Positions 1 to 12,020 of a stretch of 64,000 nt of DNA are shown here, in pieces. A program made the position numbers and the translations under genes. The stretch comes from Styela clava (lineage: Eukaryota), in NCBI RefSeq assembly GCF_964204865.1, contig NC_135254.1:24118001-24182000 (forward strand). The letters run 5' to 3'. Within the stretch, counting starts at the first letter, position 1, and the number at the start of each line of letters is the position of its first letter. The notes under the pieces were generated by a model. It saw only the letters and a program-made list of their open reading frames with translations, had not been told where the DNA came from and searched no databases.

Positions 1-583
1 ATGCTAGCAGTAGCAGAGCACAAGGGTGAACTCCGGACATCAAAAACTAAACTGTATAATGAGGTCATAGGCATGCATGATGTGGATAAACAAGCAAACT
101 TTTTTTGGAGATTCATTGTGTCTGAAGATTATCGTTCACCCATTTATGTTAAATCGCTGTTGTTTTTTCTTTGTATTCTGGACAAAAAGTTATCAGAGTC
201 AAATTGGACACTATATAAGTCCTGACAGCGTATATTGCCTTGTTTTTACTTCAATTATGGCCTAAGACCCCGATAAATTTTATGGGTGATAAAGAGACCT
301 TCGGAACGATTTGACTGCTCAGCTATTAGGAATTTGAAAGGTCGCATCAAGGTTCAAAATCATGGATGTGACAAAATCTAACATAGATATTTCCATCGTT
401 TATCGACGTATTTTGAAATTCCGTTTCGCATACTTATCGAAAGTTTATAATCGATGATTTGAATTGCCCAACTGGCAAGCCGATTCTAAGACTTGTTCGT
501 CATCGTCATACATATTAATAATCTATACTATATCATTGCTGCCCCTTTTTTCCACAAGCGTTCGAAGGCTAGAATGGATAGAT

Positions 584-881
584 CAGGGTGGTCCAAACCT
601 ATGCCCGCGGGCCACATGTGGCCCGCCGCTTCATTATCTGTGGCCCGCGTCGCATTCAAAGAGGAATCAAAAAATCACATTTCGTGTTTTATCGTCATAA
701 AATTGACCAAAATATCTGTTGATATATTGTCCCATCATGAATGCCACTGACTTGACTAGTGTTATGGCTTGCTGAGACAACTAGCGAAGTTGAATGAGCG
801 AATTCTTAGCACTATTGTGGCCCGCGAACAATGCAAAAGTAATTTTGTGTCCCGCGGAGCTGACAATCTTGGACCACCCTG
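584..881. mobile_element. non-autonomous hAT-type MITE
   Basis: 13-bp TIRs CAGGGTGGTCCAA (584) / TTGGACCACCCTG (881); 8-bp TSD GGATAGAT (576-583) / AGATAGAT (882-889), 7/8 match; subterminal GGCCCGCG motifs. Confidence 0.85.
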
Positions 882-1527
882 AGATAGATTATCTTTATAT
901 GGAGACCTGGCCTAAATAGCTTTGGGTCAACCAGGTAAACAATACATTTGTAAGTTGCATCGCTGTATTTCCTAGTGTAATTTGTAATAACACCTGAACA
1001 AATGTTCAAATTATTATATTATATTCAGCTTATTTATAAGTATATTGCTGAACCCTACCGCCTTTTCTTGCAGTATGTGTATTTTATTGAATAACCAGTC
1101 TAGCAAGCAGTACGTGTTGTACTGTATGGCCGTTTTTCATATCATGTATATATGTGTGTCTATCGAATATGTTGCGCTCGTAATCATTGATTTTTTAAAA
1201 TCATGGCTTAACTGGTACAAAAGCAGGTTTAAATAGGTTCATCATTTGGATAAATTTTGAAGGTTTCAACGATATGTACACCCGGTATTGTTTACAAACT
1301 AAAATTGTGACATATATAAATAAATATGTATCTGAGCTCTATATGACAGAAAAACTTTTCTTCATCCCCAATACATTGGATATTTGATGTGATTTGAATT
1401 ACTTATTCATTCTCTAGTTCATTAATATTAGGCGCAATTTATCCTGTAGTTATTCCAAATCCAAGGAAAGTTGTCGATAATATGATGTTATCCTAAATCG
1501 GAAATATTCCGATTCCTAAAAGCCGAA

Positions 1528-1714
1528 AAGACGGCTTAATCATATGGCGGACCGGAGTCCCTCACCCGTGTACCAGTCCATGTCAACCATGGGATTAGTT
1601 TGTCAGTTATTTGATTCAGATGCTCTTGAGTCTTGACGATGGAGAAAGCGTAACCGATCAACGGTTACGTGAACGGCGATCCAGCAATCGTCTCGCGCAT
1701 AATTAACCCCTGCA
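1528..1714 (-). mobile_element. 5'-truncated, diverged copy of the tRNA-derived SINE
   Basis: Reverse complement aligns by eye to the body of the SINE at 50525-50893 (e.g. TTATGCGCGAGA.GATTGCTGGA, TTCACGTAACCG, CTAACTAATCCC-like block, CGCCATATG..TAAGCCGTCTT). Confidence 0.75.
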
Positions 1715-3524
1715 ACTGTAAACCACGATTGAAAATCTGTCTGAGGAGTTGGTTAAATTTTGACAATTACGCCACCGTTATTTCCTGGCTGGTTAGTCAT
1801 TGATACAGAAGAACAACAGATTTGATGGTCAAGCTATATTTTCAACGCGAAATCTCACAGTGAGAAAAGATAGGATTTCATAATCACCGAATGAGCTTGA
1901 TGTGTGTTCCTTCGCCCCATGAATACGTAAATACCGGAACGTGCCGTGTTTTGTGTAATTACCGATAACCGTATTGTATTATACAGAGCCTGTATCAAAG
2001 AGGATATGTGGATGAACTCCAACATAGAATCGTTAAAGGGACGATAGCAATTTCTGAGACAATCGCATGGAACATTGTACGTGTGGGTTACACTTTTCAA
2101 AGACAAAAAGGACATATATACATAACAATTCAGCAAAACGATTTATTGGTTCACTATCTATCTAATCAAATAGCAATCACTCATAATATATTCTCAATGA
2201 TATCGAAATCCGTAGCGCTCTAAGAAATAACTCGCAAATTTATAATTTTTTTTATATGGTGGACATATTTTTATTCTTGGTTTTTCGGCAACTCACTTTG
2301 GAAGTTATATTTTATAATTGTAGGATTGCGCGATAAATTGATAAAACATGAATGCGCGCGGCGTGATTCACACATTCGGATTGATTTCATACTTTTATAA
2401 ATTCATTAACTTATCACACGAAACAATGAGTTAATGAAATTAACTACTACTGTGAAGCAACGGTATAAACTTTGCTAAAAGTCTTGCCATGATCGAACAG
2501 AGGCATGGGTAAGTCCCAATAAACGTGAAGTACAAAGATTGCTGATTATGAAAATTTGACAATAATTAATTATAACCCAGTTTTCGGTCGAAATATATTG
2601 TTCGCGATTTTATTTCAAAATCGTATATTCAATGTCAACCAGCCAGTGCGTAGTTGATGCTGTTTTTCTTTATATTTCTCAAAGTAGAATTTGCACATCG
2701 AACACTGAAAATTTGTCACATAAATAACATTTAACAACGGAATCGGGTTTTACTAAAATACTTCCATATGTCCTAACCACGCTGCATATCTCTTGCAGCA
2801 GAGCGATCATGAAACTATCTCGATTCGTGAATAATTTTAAGCGATACCGGGATAAGATCACGCGAAATTGCTTTGTAACCATTGTGACGCAACAAGCTAA
2901 AATTATAACTTATTACGTGAAACGTCACGCTGCGGTTAACGGGTTATCTCAAAGTAGAACCGGTTAATTTTACCCGGTTAACGGTTAAAGTGTTTTCCCT
3001 GATATTACCAGCCCTGCCCATAACCCAAGCAAAGTTTGATAAAATATACCACTTAACAAAACCTACTAAAACGCACTGGGGAGTCGATTGTTTCCATCGA
3101 TCCCAAGTCAAGCCTGACTCGAATATCAGCCATTCTAAGCTTAAAAAATGTGCCAAACCACTGCGGTAGCACTTTTACTGAAACCCACCATGTTTGTTGT
3201 GTGTTTTTGTTACAGCTACACGTTCGTGTTTCATTAGTTTTTTGTTTATATATAGATATATACCAAGTTTATGTGTATGCTATATGGGCAGTAATTTCCC
3301 TACACCCGCGCAACAATTTAAAATGGCCTGCGAACTTTAGTGAACTAGTTTAACGGTTAAACTTTGACCTAAATTTGCGTTTGAGATACCGCCAATTGTT
3401 TAAACATTATCACAGTTTAGCACGTGTATTTCGTAACAATTCAATTATTCCGGTATCTCATGTATGCGTATTAGAATTACATTAGGCAATATTTTAGATA
3501 TCAGCCATATATTAAGAAAGCTTG

Positions 3525-4876
3525 AAGATGCCACAAAACGAAAACTAAACACTGAAAACAGACGTTTTTTAGATGAATGTCAGCGTTCTTATTGCTTTGT
3601 TGAAAAGAATTAAACTTCAGCGATTTGTCTTCCTTGCCAACAAAATATTTCAGTTCTGAAGGAATACAACATTAGGCGCCATTATGAGACGAAGCATTCT
3701 TCAAATTATGATCAGTTGACGCGCGTATATCAAAATTTAAATCATTGCTAAATTCATACAAAAGTCAAACAAAGATGTTCAAAAATTGAAAGTGAATCTA
3801 CGATATTGGCCAGTTATAGTGTAGCCTGCAACATCGCTAAAAAGAATCGCCCGTTTGTTGGAGGGAAATTTTTCCGTGAATGTATGCTGCAAGTTTGGAA
3901 GTCATTTCTCCTGATATTAAAAGTTAATTTTCCAGCATCAGTTCTAACAAACAATTATGAACCTCAACAAATCAAAACTTCGGTCCAGGCTGACAGATAT
4001 TCACTTGAATGTGTTATTGCGAGTACAATGTACTGAATTGGAGCCACGTTTTGAACATATTATGATTTCGAGCCAACCCGAATTACACATATATACAATG
4101 TACTCATACACTACGTTAACTAAATTATGTTGGCATTTCGTTTTTATATATATATACAGATTGGGATGTTTTTTGTGTAATAAAACAAGCTATAAGTAGC
4201 CATTCGTATGAGGCCGTATGCTAGATGAGCAAGTAACTTCATTAGTCACTATCAGTTGCAAATTCCTTGTTGAAAGCCGTGCTTGGTATTTATTCCTCGG
4301 GTATTCTAACATTCTAACTATTATATTTGTTAATTTTATTACATAACAAACTGCGATGCTAGGTGTATCTAAAATCAGGCTAGCAGGCTTCAGTTCTGAA
4401 GGGATACAACATTAGGCGCCATTATGAGACGAAGCATTCTTCAGTTTATGATCAGTTGAAGCGCGTAATTCAAAATTTAATTCATTGCTAAATTCATACA
4501 AAAGTCAAATAAAGATGTTCAAAAAATGAAAGTGAATCTACGATATTTGCCAGTTATAGTGTAGCCCACAACATCGCTAAAAAGAATCGTCCATTTATTG
4601 AAAGGGGAATTTTTCCATGAATGTATGCTGCAAGTTTCGAGGTCATTTCTCCTGATATTAAAAGGTAATTTTCCAGCATCAGTTCTAACCAACAAATATG
4701 AACCTCAACAAATCAAAACTTCGGTCCAGGCTGACAGATATTCACTTGAATGCGTTATTGCGAGTACAATGTACTGAATTGGAGCCACGTTTAAACATAT
4801 GATTTCGAGCCAACCCTAATTACACCTATATACAATGTACACATACACTACGTTAACTAAATTATGTTGGCATTTC

Positions 4877-4913
<37 letters not shown>

Positions 4914-5289
4914 TGGGATGTTTTTTGTGTAATAAAACAAGCCATAAGTAGCCATTCGTATGATGCCGTATGCTACATGAGCTAGTAACTTCATTAGTTG
5001 CAAATTCCTTGTTGAAAGCCGTGCTCGTTATTTATTCCTCGGGTATTCTATCATCTAACTATTATATTTGTTAATTTTATTACATAACAAAATGCGATGC
5101 TAGGTGTATCTGAAATCAGGCTTGCAGCCTATTTCAGTACCTATTTTTCGAAATTTTCTCAGACCGCTTCAGCGCGCCCTGAACCCCATCCGTGCCGTCG
5201 CGCCCTTTTTGTCGCTCCCCCTCTCTGGCCCTCCAATATTCTTCTGCTACCTATTGTGCCCCGCGGCCAATAAACTTTGGGAACCACTG
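3525..5289 (+). mobile_element. decayed hAT (Buster/Charlie/SPIN-like, GTF2IRD2-type) transposase remnant with one surviving terminal repeat
   Basis: Translated fragments KRKLNTENRRF, ICLPCQQNISVLKEYNIRRHYETKHS, ASYSVACNIAKKNRPF..G.F..ECML and KSKLRSRLTDIHL resemble hAT transposase N- and C-terminal motifs; stops/frameshifts and a large internal deletion; hAT-type end TTTGGGAACCACTG at 5276-5289. Confidence 0.75.
3649..5127 (+). repeat. tandem duplication, unit ~740 bp, inside the hAT remnant
   Basis: TTCAGTTCTGAAGG.ATACAACATTAGGCGCC begins at 3649 and again at 4389; both copies run to AAATCAGGCT.GCAG; scattered substitutions and an expanded (TA)n in copy 2. Confidence 0.9.
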
Positions 5290-5696
5290 ATGTAGATCGT
5301 TTGTCAAATACATAACAAATTTCCAAGTCACAAATAGTTTAATCGCTAATAGAAAAAATATTTACCCCCCCCCCTTAATTTCGAAACACCCCCCTCCCCT
5401 AAAATGAAAAGCTGGGGAACATACTGTATATGGGTAAAGTGACGCATATATTTATATGTGTTAAACCTTATATATATATAGGAGGGTTTAAAGATTTTCC
5501 AATCTACTGTGTGTTCGTTCGTATTATGTTTTACCGAGGGAATCAATAAAAACTCATTCTTATGTTATATATTCTAATACAGTAACGGTATAACTGGACA
5601 ACTTCCAATGGGTTTCTAGTCGACTTTACCTGATTATAGTTTAAATCCTTTACAAATTTCAAAATTTTATTGAAAACAGTGCATTCGTTACGCTAA

Positions 5697-8600
5697 TTAC
5701 AGATTATCATAGTCAAAAACTGAGTCATCTATCGATAACAACGCCGTATCCGTCGTCGGTGGATAATCATAATCTGAGAAAATGTCAGAAACATTGTATA
5801 TTTCTGACAAGTTTCCTATAACATCGTCAAATGACGCTCCAGTTTCCGTCAGCTTTCTAACTTCATCTTCAAAATTATATTCAAATAGTTTGTCTTCGTA
5901 ATCTTGCCCGCTAAATTCTACGTCGCTATAATATTCATTGTATGATTTCCAACCATCGAGCTCCTTCAGATTTTCACGCAGCTGCAAGATGTCGCTTTCG
6001 ATCAACGTCAATTCCACTTCTTCTCTATAATTTGACGATTGATTTCCTTCAAATTCAATGACTCCGGTGTCGTAGGCTGTTTCAGCAAATCCTTGCGGAT
6101 ATTCTGTCCAGTTACTTTCTAGTTCGTCCCAGTCATAATATTTTTTCAAGTCAACCTCTTTTTCCGATTCCATTCTGCTGTCATGCAGCGTTCGCTCATA
6201 TTTAGCTGGACGCACGCCAACAGACGCAATTTTCTTACCGATAGACAATATGTCGGATGAATCTTTTTTGCTCTCGCTTGCTTGATTAGAGTATTCATCA
6301 TATTGTGAATGTGAATCTCCGTTATCCAATACTGGATCATAGGCTGTAATAAGATCCATGTTCTCATTCGTAGCAGCAACAGGAAGTGAGATTTGCCATT
6401 GCGTGCCGATTTTGACCGAACGGGATTCTTCAGAGGAACGGTTTGTATCGGCCAGGTTGTTAAAACTTACAGGTTCAGCAATTTTGTTTCCATTTTCTTC
6501 TAATGAGACATAGTCCGGTACCCCATTGTTCGGTATGTCTTGTGTGACTGTTTTTTCTTTATTTAACAGTGCAATTCCATTTGTGCTTCTGTTTACATTT
6601 TCCTTCAATTGCAAGGCAGAACCTGATTGTTCTGTTAGATTTTTGAAAGAGGATTCGTTTCTCACTATTTCTTCGGTGTTAGTTATATTTTGTGAGGAGA
6701 AAGTTTTGGTTGAAATTTGAGGGGGATCGAAAACAGCTGCTTTCTTGTCTCCATAATCAAATTCATCTTCTTCTCGCGTAACTACGTGGTGTTCATTGTT
6801 TTGTGTTGTTGATTCATCTTGTTGATAATCAGCACTTACAAACTTTGAACTGGCCATTCGTCTGGAAATTTCCACGTCGTACGCTTCCTGCAACCAATAT
6901 AATTTGTGGTTATTTTTCTTTTTTGTTACCCTTAGTACTGTTTCTGTTATCACATAAATGCTTTATTATCATTTTGTGTATTAATTGGACACAAAAGACT
7001 ACACAAAAGCTGTTACTTTTTGTTAATGTATCTATGTCTCCGTTTGTCTCTAAACGTAATTAAAATTCTTCAAACACAGCGACCATACGAAGCGCGCCCT
7101 AAAATGCGAATCGTACAAAAATGGACCTGAATTTTAACGTTGTGTAGTATAGGCAGTGACATAAGTATCGTTTGTTTATTATGCGAAGAAGAATGAATGT
7201 ATTCCGTTTTACATCGTTGGCAATTGAAATTGAGGAGGTAAGTAATAGAAGTGCATTTCTTCCACGTTGCATTGTGTTATTCATCGGTACACTATGTCTC
7301 GTTTTGAAGTAATTTTTGGCACATAGGTAATTCTTACCCATTACAATGACAAGTGATCAAAGTTACACCAAAGCAATTTTGAATAATCGATTGGAGATCA
7401 AGCCTGAATTGAATTTCGGATAATTTCTGTTTTATATATCCTAACCAATTTATCGCGGATATACGGTTTGAAAGAGAGATTGCAAGGAATCATACTAATA
7501 TAGCTAAGATCAATGCGCTCATCGCGCCTAGTAAATTGTACATGAAACAATTCGATTGAATTGTCAAAACCTTAAATCTATATGTGTACCTGGTAAGTAC
7601 ATCTCATGTCGCGAATACGAACGTCTTCCACTTTATGGCCTTTAAAGTTGTCTGGTAAAATACATCTACTCTTCACTGGCCGCTGATAGTTCCAAGTATC
7701 TGCATCATCCCAAATTATGGATCTTCAAAACAAAAATATATTTTGGTGAATCCTATGCGAAAACTCAGATCTTCGTTATAGTATAACTAAGTTATTTCCT
7801 GTGTCAATCTTGCATTACATTACTCTATATATGCCATTTCGAGATGAAACGTTTCGCTTCGTGACATTTTGCCTGCAAGACTTAATAATATCGTAGAAAA
7901 TACCTGAAATTACCTGTAAGGGTCCATTCTCAGACTGTGTTTAGGAGAAAACGGGCTGTGTAATCGTACAAGTAGGGAAAGCAAGTTTCCACAACTGCAG
8001 GTCAATGGGTTTCCATACAACCACAATGCATATATTCGAAATAACCAAGGCCCAGACGGAAGAGTACTTAAATTACAATCATGAAGATAGACCAAGCGAA
8101 GAGATGGTAGAGACCAAAACACTTTCTTTGGCAGAAGGGAAAGATTACGATTTCCATTGAGGCGCAGTGACCATAGATGTTCCATTCCATAGAATGAATT
8201 AGAATTCAAACTCGCTATATCATTCCTCGATAAGTCCAAAATTTGAAGTCTGTAAACCGATGAAAATACGCGGTCTTCGATTTGATTAATCTGATTTCCC
8301 GCTAAATGTAATATTTCCAACTGTTTTAAACCAGATACACTTTCTTCTGGAATTTCTCTTATATGGTTATTGTCAAGGTATAGTCTTTCTATTGACGAGG
8401 GAAGCGATGCTGGAAACGTATTCAGATTTGTTTCGCCTAAATCTAGATTTTTTAAAGAACGCAACTGGATCGTACGCAATATTTGATGAGAAGATATCCC
8501 ATTTTTAACAGAGTTCATATTCTCGACATCTCGTTTCCTGCGATTGGATTTCAGAGATGCACTGTTAATATCATTTTCGTCCAGGTAGAATTCGTTATTA

Positions 8601-9586
8601 TCTGGCATTGCATTTTTAACGACTTTTTGGTGAATATCTATTTCGGCCGTCACAAAATGCTTTAAAATATCGTCCATTTTTGTCACCGTCCTTGGTCCTA
8701 ATGGATTTGATCGTAGTTGCAAAACTTTAAGTTTATGCAAGCCATGAAAAGCCTTTTTGCTTATCCAAGAGATTTTATTCCAGCTCATTCTCAATACTTC
8801 CAAATTACGTAGAGATGAGAATGAATAATTTGGTATTCCCCTTATAAAATTGTTGTTCAGGTTGAGAGATGTCAAAGTGTCGGGGACTGACTGAAGAAAT
8901 ATTGTGTCCGACGTGTTAAAAGTACAGGCGACAGTTTCGTTCATCAAAAAATCATCACTTGTTTTGTATTCGCAGGGTTGAGTCAGCCGATTCATCTTAT
9001 TGTAACTGAGATCCAATGTTTGAAGATTGACAAGATCTAGGAAAGCATCTGGGTTTATTTTGTAAATTTGATTGTTTTGTAGATATAAATGGGAAACGTG
9101 GTTTATTTCGTGGCGCATAACGTCCTTCAATATCCTCGGCGGCAAAAAAGTTAAATTATTATATCCCAAATGTACCGACTCTGTTCGAATTGGTAAATAT
9201 CCACTCAACAATTTTTCATTTTTTGTTAATTTAGAGCGTTCTGCACTTATCGCAGTTATACCTTGCCTGCTACAATAAACAACAGTTTCCACGACGCATG
9301 TACAAGGAAAAGGACAGGATTCTTCTACTTCAGGAGAATCGACATCAGAATAGAAAGGGAATCCTGAACCATCAATTGTCCAATCATAACTGTAGGTTTG
9401 CTTGTCAGAGTCCGTTTCATCGTTAATAAGAAACGTGTCGTTGACTTCCGGGTTATAGGATATTTCATTCCATTCTGCAGTTTTCTCCAAACTTAGAGGA
9501 CGAGAGGAAATCGAGTCGACTAATAATAATAATACGGTTGTCAGGATTATCCACAAAGTCATGTAATATCCAGTGAAGCCCAACAT
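5697..9586 (-). CDS. secreted leucine-rich-repeat protein (SLRP/proteoglycan-like) with acidic Tyr-rich C-terminal tail, about 998 aa
   Basis: Proposed exons 9586-7914, 7722-7590, 6887-5697 (2997 nt, phases consistent, GT-AG). Hydrophobic signal peptide, LRRNT CPFPCTC-x7-C, many LxxLxLxxN repeats, LRRCT GNPLTCSC...RCILPDNFKG...MRC completed by exon 2, then a 396-aa D/E/S/N/Y-rich tail with no hydrophobic TM segment. The exon 2-3 junction is the least certain. Confidence 0.85.
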
Positions 9587-9834
9587 GTTTCACCACATAT
9601 TTTTCAGCAAGTTACTTCTGTCTGTTTTCTGGAAATCATCCCAGCGACGTCTCAAATAAAATGGCATTTTTTATCTACAAAATCTTAGCTATTAATGATG
9701 TAAAATATCGATTTTTGCATTTTACGTTTTCTGTTTCGAAATAAAAAACAAAAAGAAAAAAAATATTGAAACAAATTACGGAAATGTAGTTCAGAAGAAA
9801 TCGCAAACAATTCAACCATCCTATTCCGGTAATT

Positions 9835-9890
9835 CACGCCAATTGGCACGCTGTACGTAATAAATGACGTCATAAAGGGGCCAATTGCTT
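9835..9890. promoter_or_regulatory. candidate proximal promoter motifs of the minus-strand LRR gene (CRE palindrome, CCAAT boxes)
   Basis: TGACGTCA at 9865-9872 flanked by CCAATTGG (9839-9846) and CCAATTG (9881-9887), about 280 bp upstream of the ATG at 9586. Motif presence only. Confidence 0.3.
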
Positions 9891-11784
9891 TTTTTCAGAC
9901 GCCAAAATGCCAAATAATATTTGGCACTAAAATACGCATATTCTAATTTAACTCGAAAACTTGCCAATTTCCCATTATCTGACACGACCCGGTCATTGCG
10001 TCGCCATGCGTGCGTCAAGATTTGATATAAGTTACGTTTATGAACTTGGGGTTTTCAGTTCGTTTTCTCCCTCTTGTCGCCATTTCACGAAATGCTCTTA
10101 CTGAGTGGTTTGGATGATGCGTAATTGAATTTTGAATCTTGCAATTGTATAAAACCAAACTTAATAGAATGCTGGCAGAGTTGTACAGAATATCTATCCA
10201 CCATTATTTGTATCACGTTGAGCAAACAATTTCAACCAATCAGATACGAAAAAATACAGTCAATGTCTCATGTTATCGAAACACGTTACGAGCATGGACC
10301 ACAGATATATATATCCATAAGAAATACTGACAGCAAAAATAATTCATAAAGAATCGAACATCAAGCTTCTGTACATCCTATAAAAAAAATGTTTATTCAA
10401 ATTACAAGAAAACTATTTAATTAAGAATCGGTTCGTGGACTGGCTTCCTAAACTGAAATTTGTCCTTTTGTGAATATCGAAAATTCTTTAACAATTTAAC
10501 CAGGACCAACTTGTACTGAGAGAGCATGCACCAGTTTGCACTCGAAATTGGTTGATTTTTCGAATTTACGCATAAAATTAATCATACGTCTTTATTATAC
10601 AAAAAAAAAACGAAGCATATCTGGTATGGATATGCACTTTATCTCAATAAAGTATTTCAGGAATCGGAGGTATTTTGAATTCACCTTATGGGAAGTTAGA
10701 ACTATTAGTTGGGGTTACTCCCTATCTTTTCTCCATGCTTTCGAGCTAGTGGATCCGTATATACCGTAAGTATGTGAGTCTTGCTGGCTGCTACACACTA
10801 ACACAAATCTATTTCTGTAAACAATTTGTCTGACCGAGGTCAGACCCTTAAGCATATTTCAACTGTTGCAAGCAAAGCAATAGCATCCACATAAATATTG
10901 GTTACCAAGTTGCTGAGTTTATTCTCAATGGAGAGAATTAAATTTTCGGACACTCAAAGAACAATATCTTTTGAATTGTTCCTCACTAAACTGCGGGATA
11001 TTCATTGATCAGCATTTTAACTTGACTACCCTATTGTTCTTTAAGTGTCCATAATATAATTCTTTTCGTAGAGAATTCCGGTCAGACGAAACGTTACAGA
11101 AATATATTTATTTGTGTTAGTGTACACTGTACACAAATGCTCTTAAAACATACCGCCAAAATTATCATTACTATGAAAATCCCACAATATTGCACATAGC
11201 GATTTCCGATGCAGACAAATTATAGCGAATGATCATTAGTTGTTTAAGACGAAGTTAATCTCACGATCTCGATAAATCGCTTGATCGCAATCAAAACGTA
11301 ACATTGCATGTCAAACGTTGTCTATAACGTTTCGATTCGAAACTGATAAACAGAATATTTTTTCAGAATCATACAAGCGAGGCGTTTTCCCCAAATAAAA
11401 ATTCACGGCGCGGTTTGTACGTCTACGTGCAACGTTACTTATTTTACGTTGATAAGATCTGAACTTGAGTAAACGAAATAATGAAAACGCGACCGACGTT
11501 GAGCTGCCGCAGCCGTATCGTGAATGACAACAACACTATAAGCCTCGAGATAGGGTATGTTGTTATGCAGCACGAGTGGAATGCCTCCCATAGAAGTGAC
11601 GTGAGTATTTATATTTTTGATTTCTTGTTCTCTGATAGCGAAACACAACATAAGAATAGGTTTAACTGTGTATCTCAGTTTTTTCTGGTTATATCAATAT
11701 TCAATGTCTCTTCCAATCGCGGTTCATTATCAAAACGAATACAAAGAAAGAGACAAATTGGATCCGGAATGTCGATAAATTATG

Positions 11785-12020
11785 GGTACCCCCGAAGTAT
11801 GTGAACCAAGATGGCGGACACCGGAACGTAGTATGTGTACCAGGTTAGGGTTAGGCCATAATTTTATTCCAATTTTCCTTATTTTAGTTCTATTGCAAGT
11901 TCGGGGACTAGCCAAGTGACCGCAGTAGCATTTGTACCAGAAATCATGGCCTAACTCTAATCTGGCACACATACTACGTTCCGGTGTCCGCCATCTTGGT
12001 TCACATACTTCGGGAGTACC
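11785..12020. mobile_element. Merlin-like palindromic MITE
   Basis: About 80-bp near-perfect TIRs starting GGTAC..CGAAGTATGTGAACCAAGATGGCGGACACCGGAACGTAGTATGTGT; exact 8-bp TSD AAATTATG (11777-11784 / 12021-12028). GG termini plus an 8-bp TSD fit the Merlin/IS1016 superfamily. Confidence 0.85.

Noticed and set aside
1-225. ORF at the window start, vaguely piggyBac-like (LYN...DVDK)
   Set aside because: No further motifs and truncated by the window edge.
2941-3391. Possible MITE with GGTTATCTCAAA / TTTGAGATACC ends and CGGTTAA repeats
   Set aside because: No TSD and the TIR match is short; probably an old repeat but the boundaries are unsupported.
6146-9278. Antisense or alternative-frame ORFs over the LRR genes (also 30553-31616) and over YHYH exons (40016-40243, 41233-41505)
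   Set aside because: Shadows of real coding exons with no independent features.
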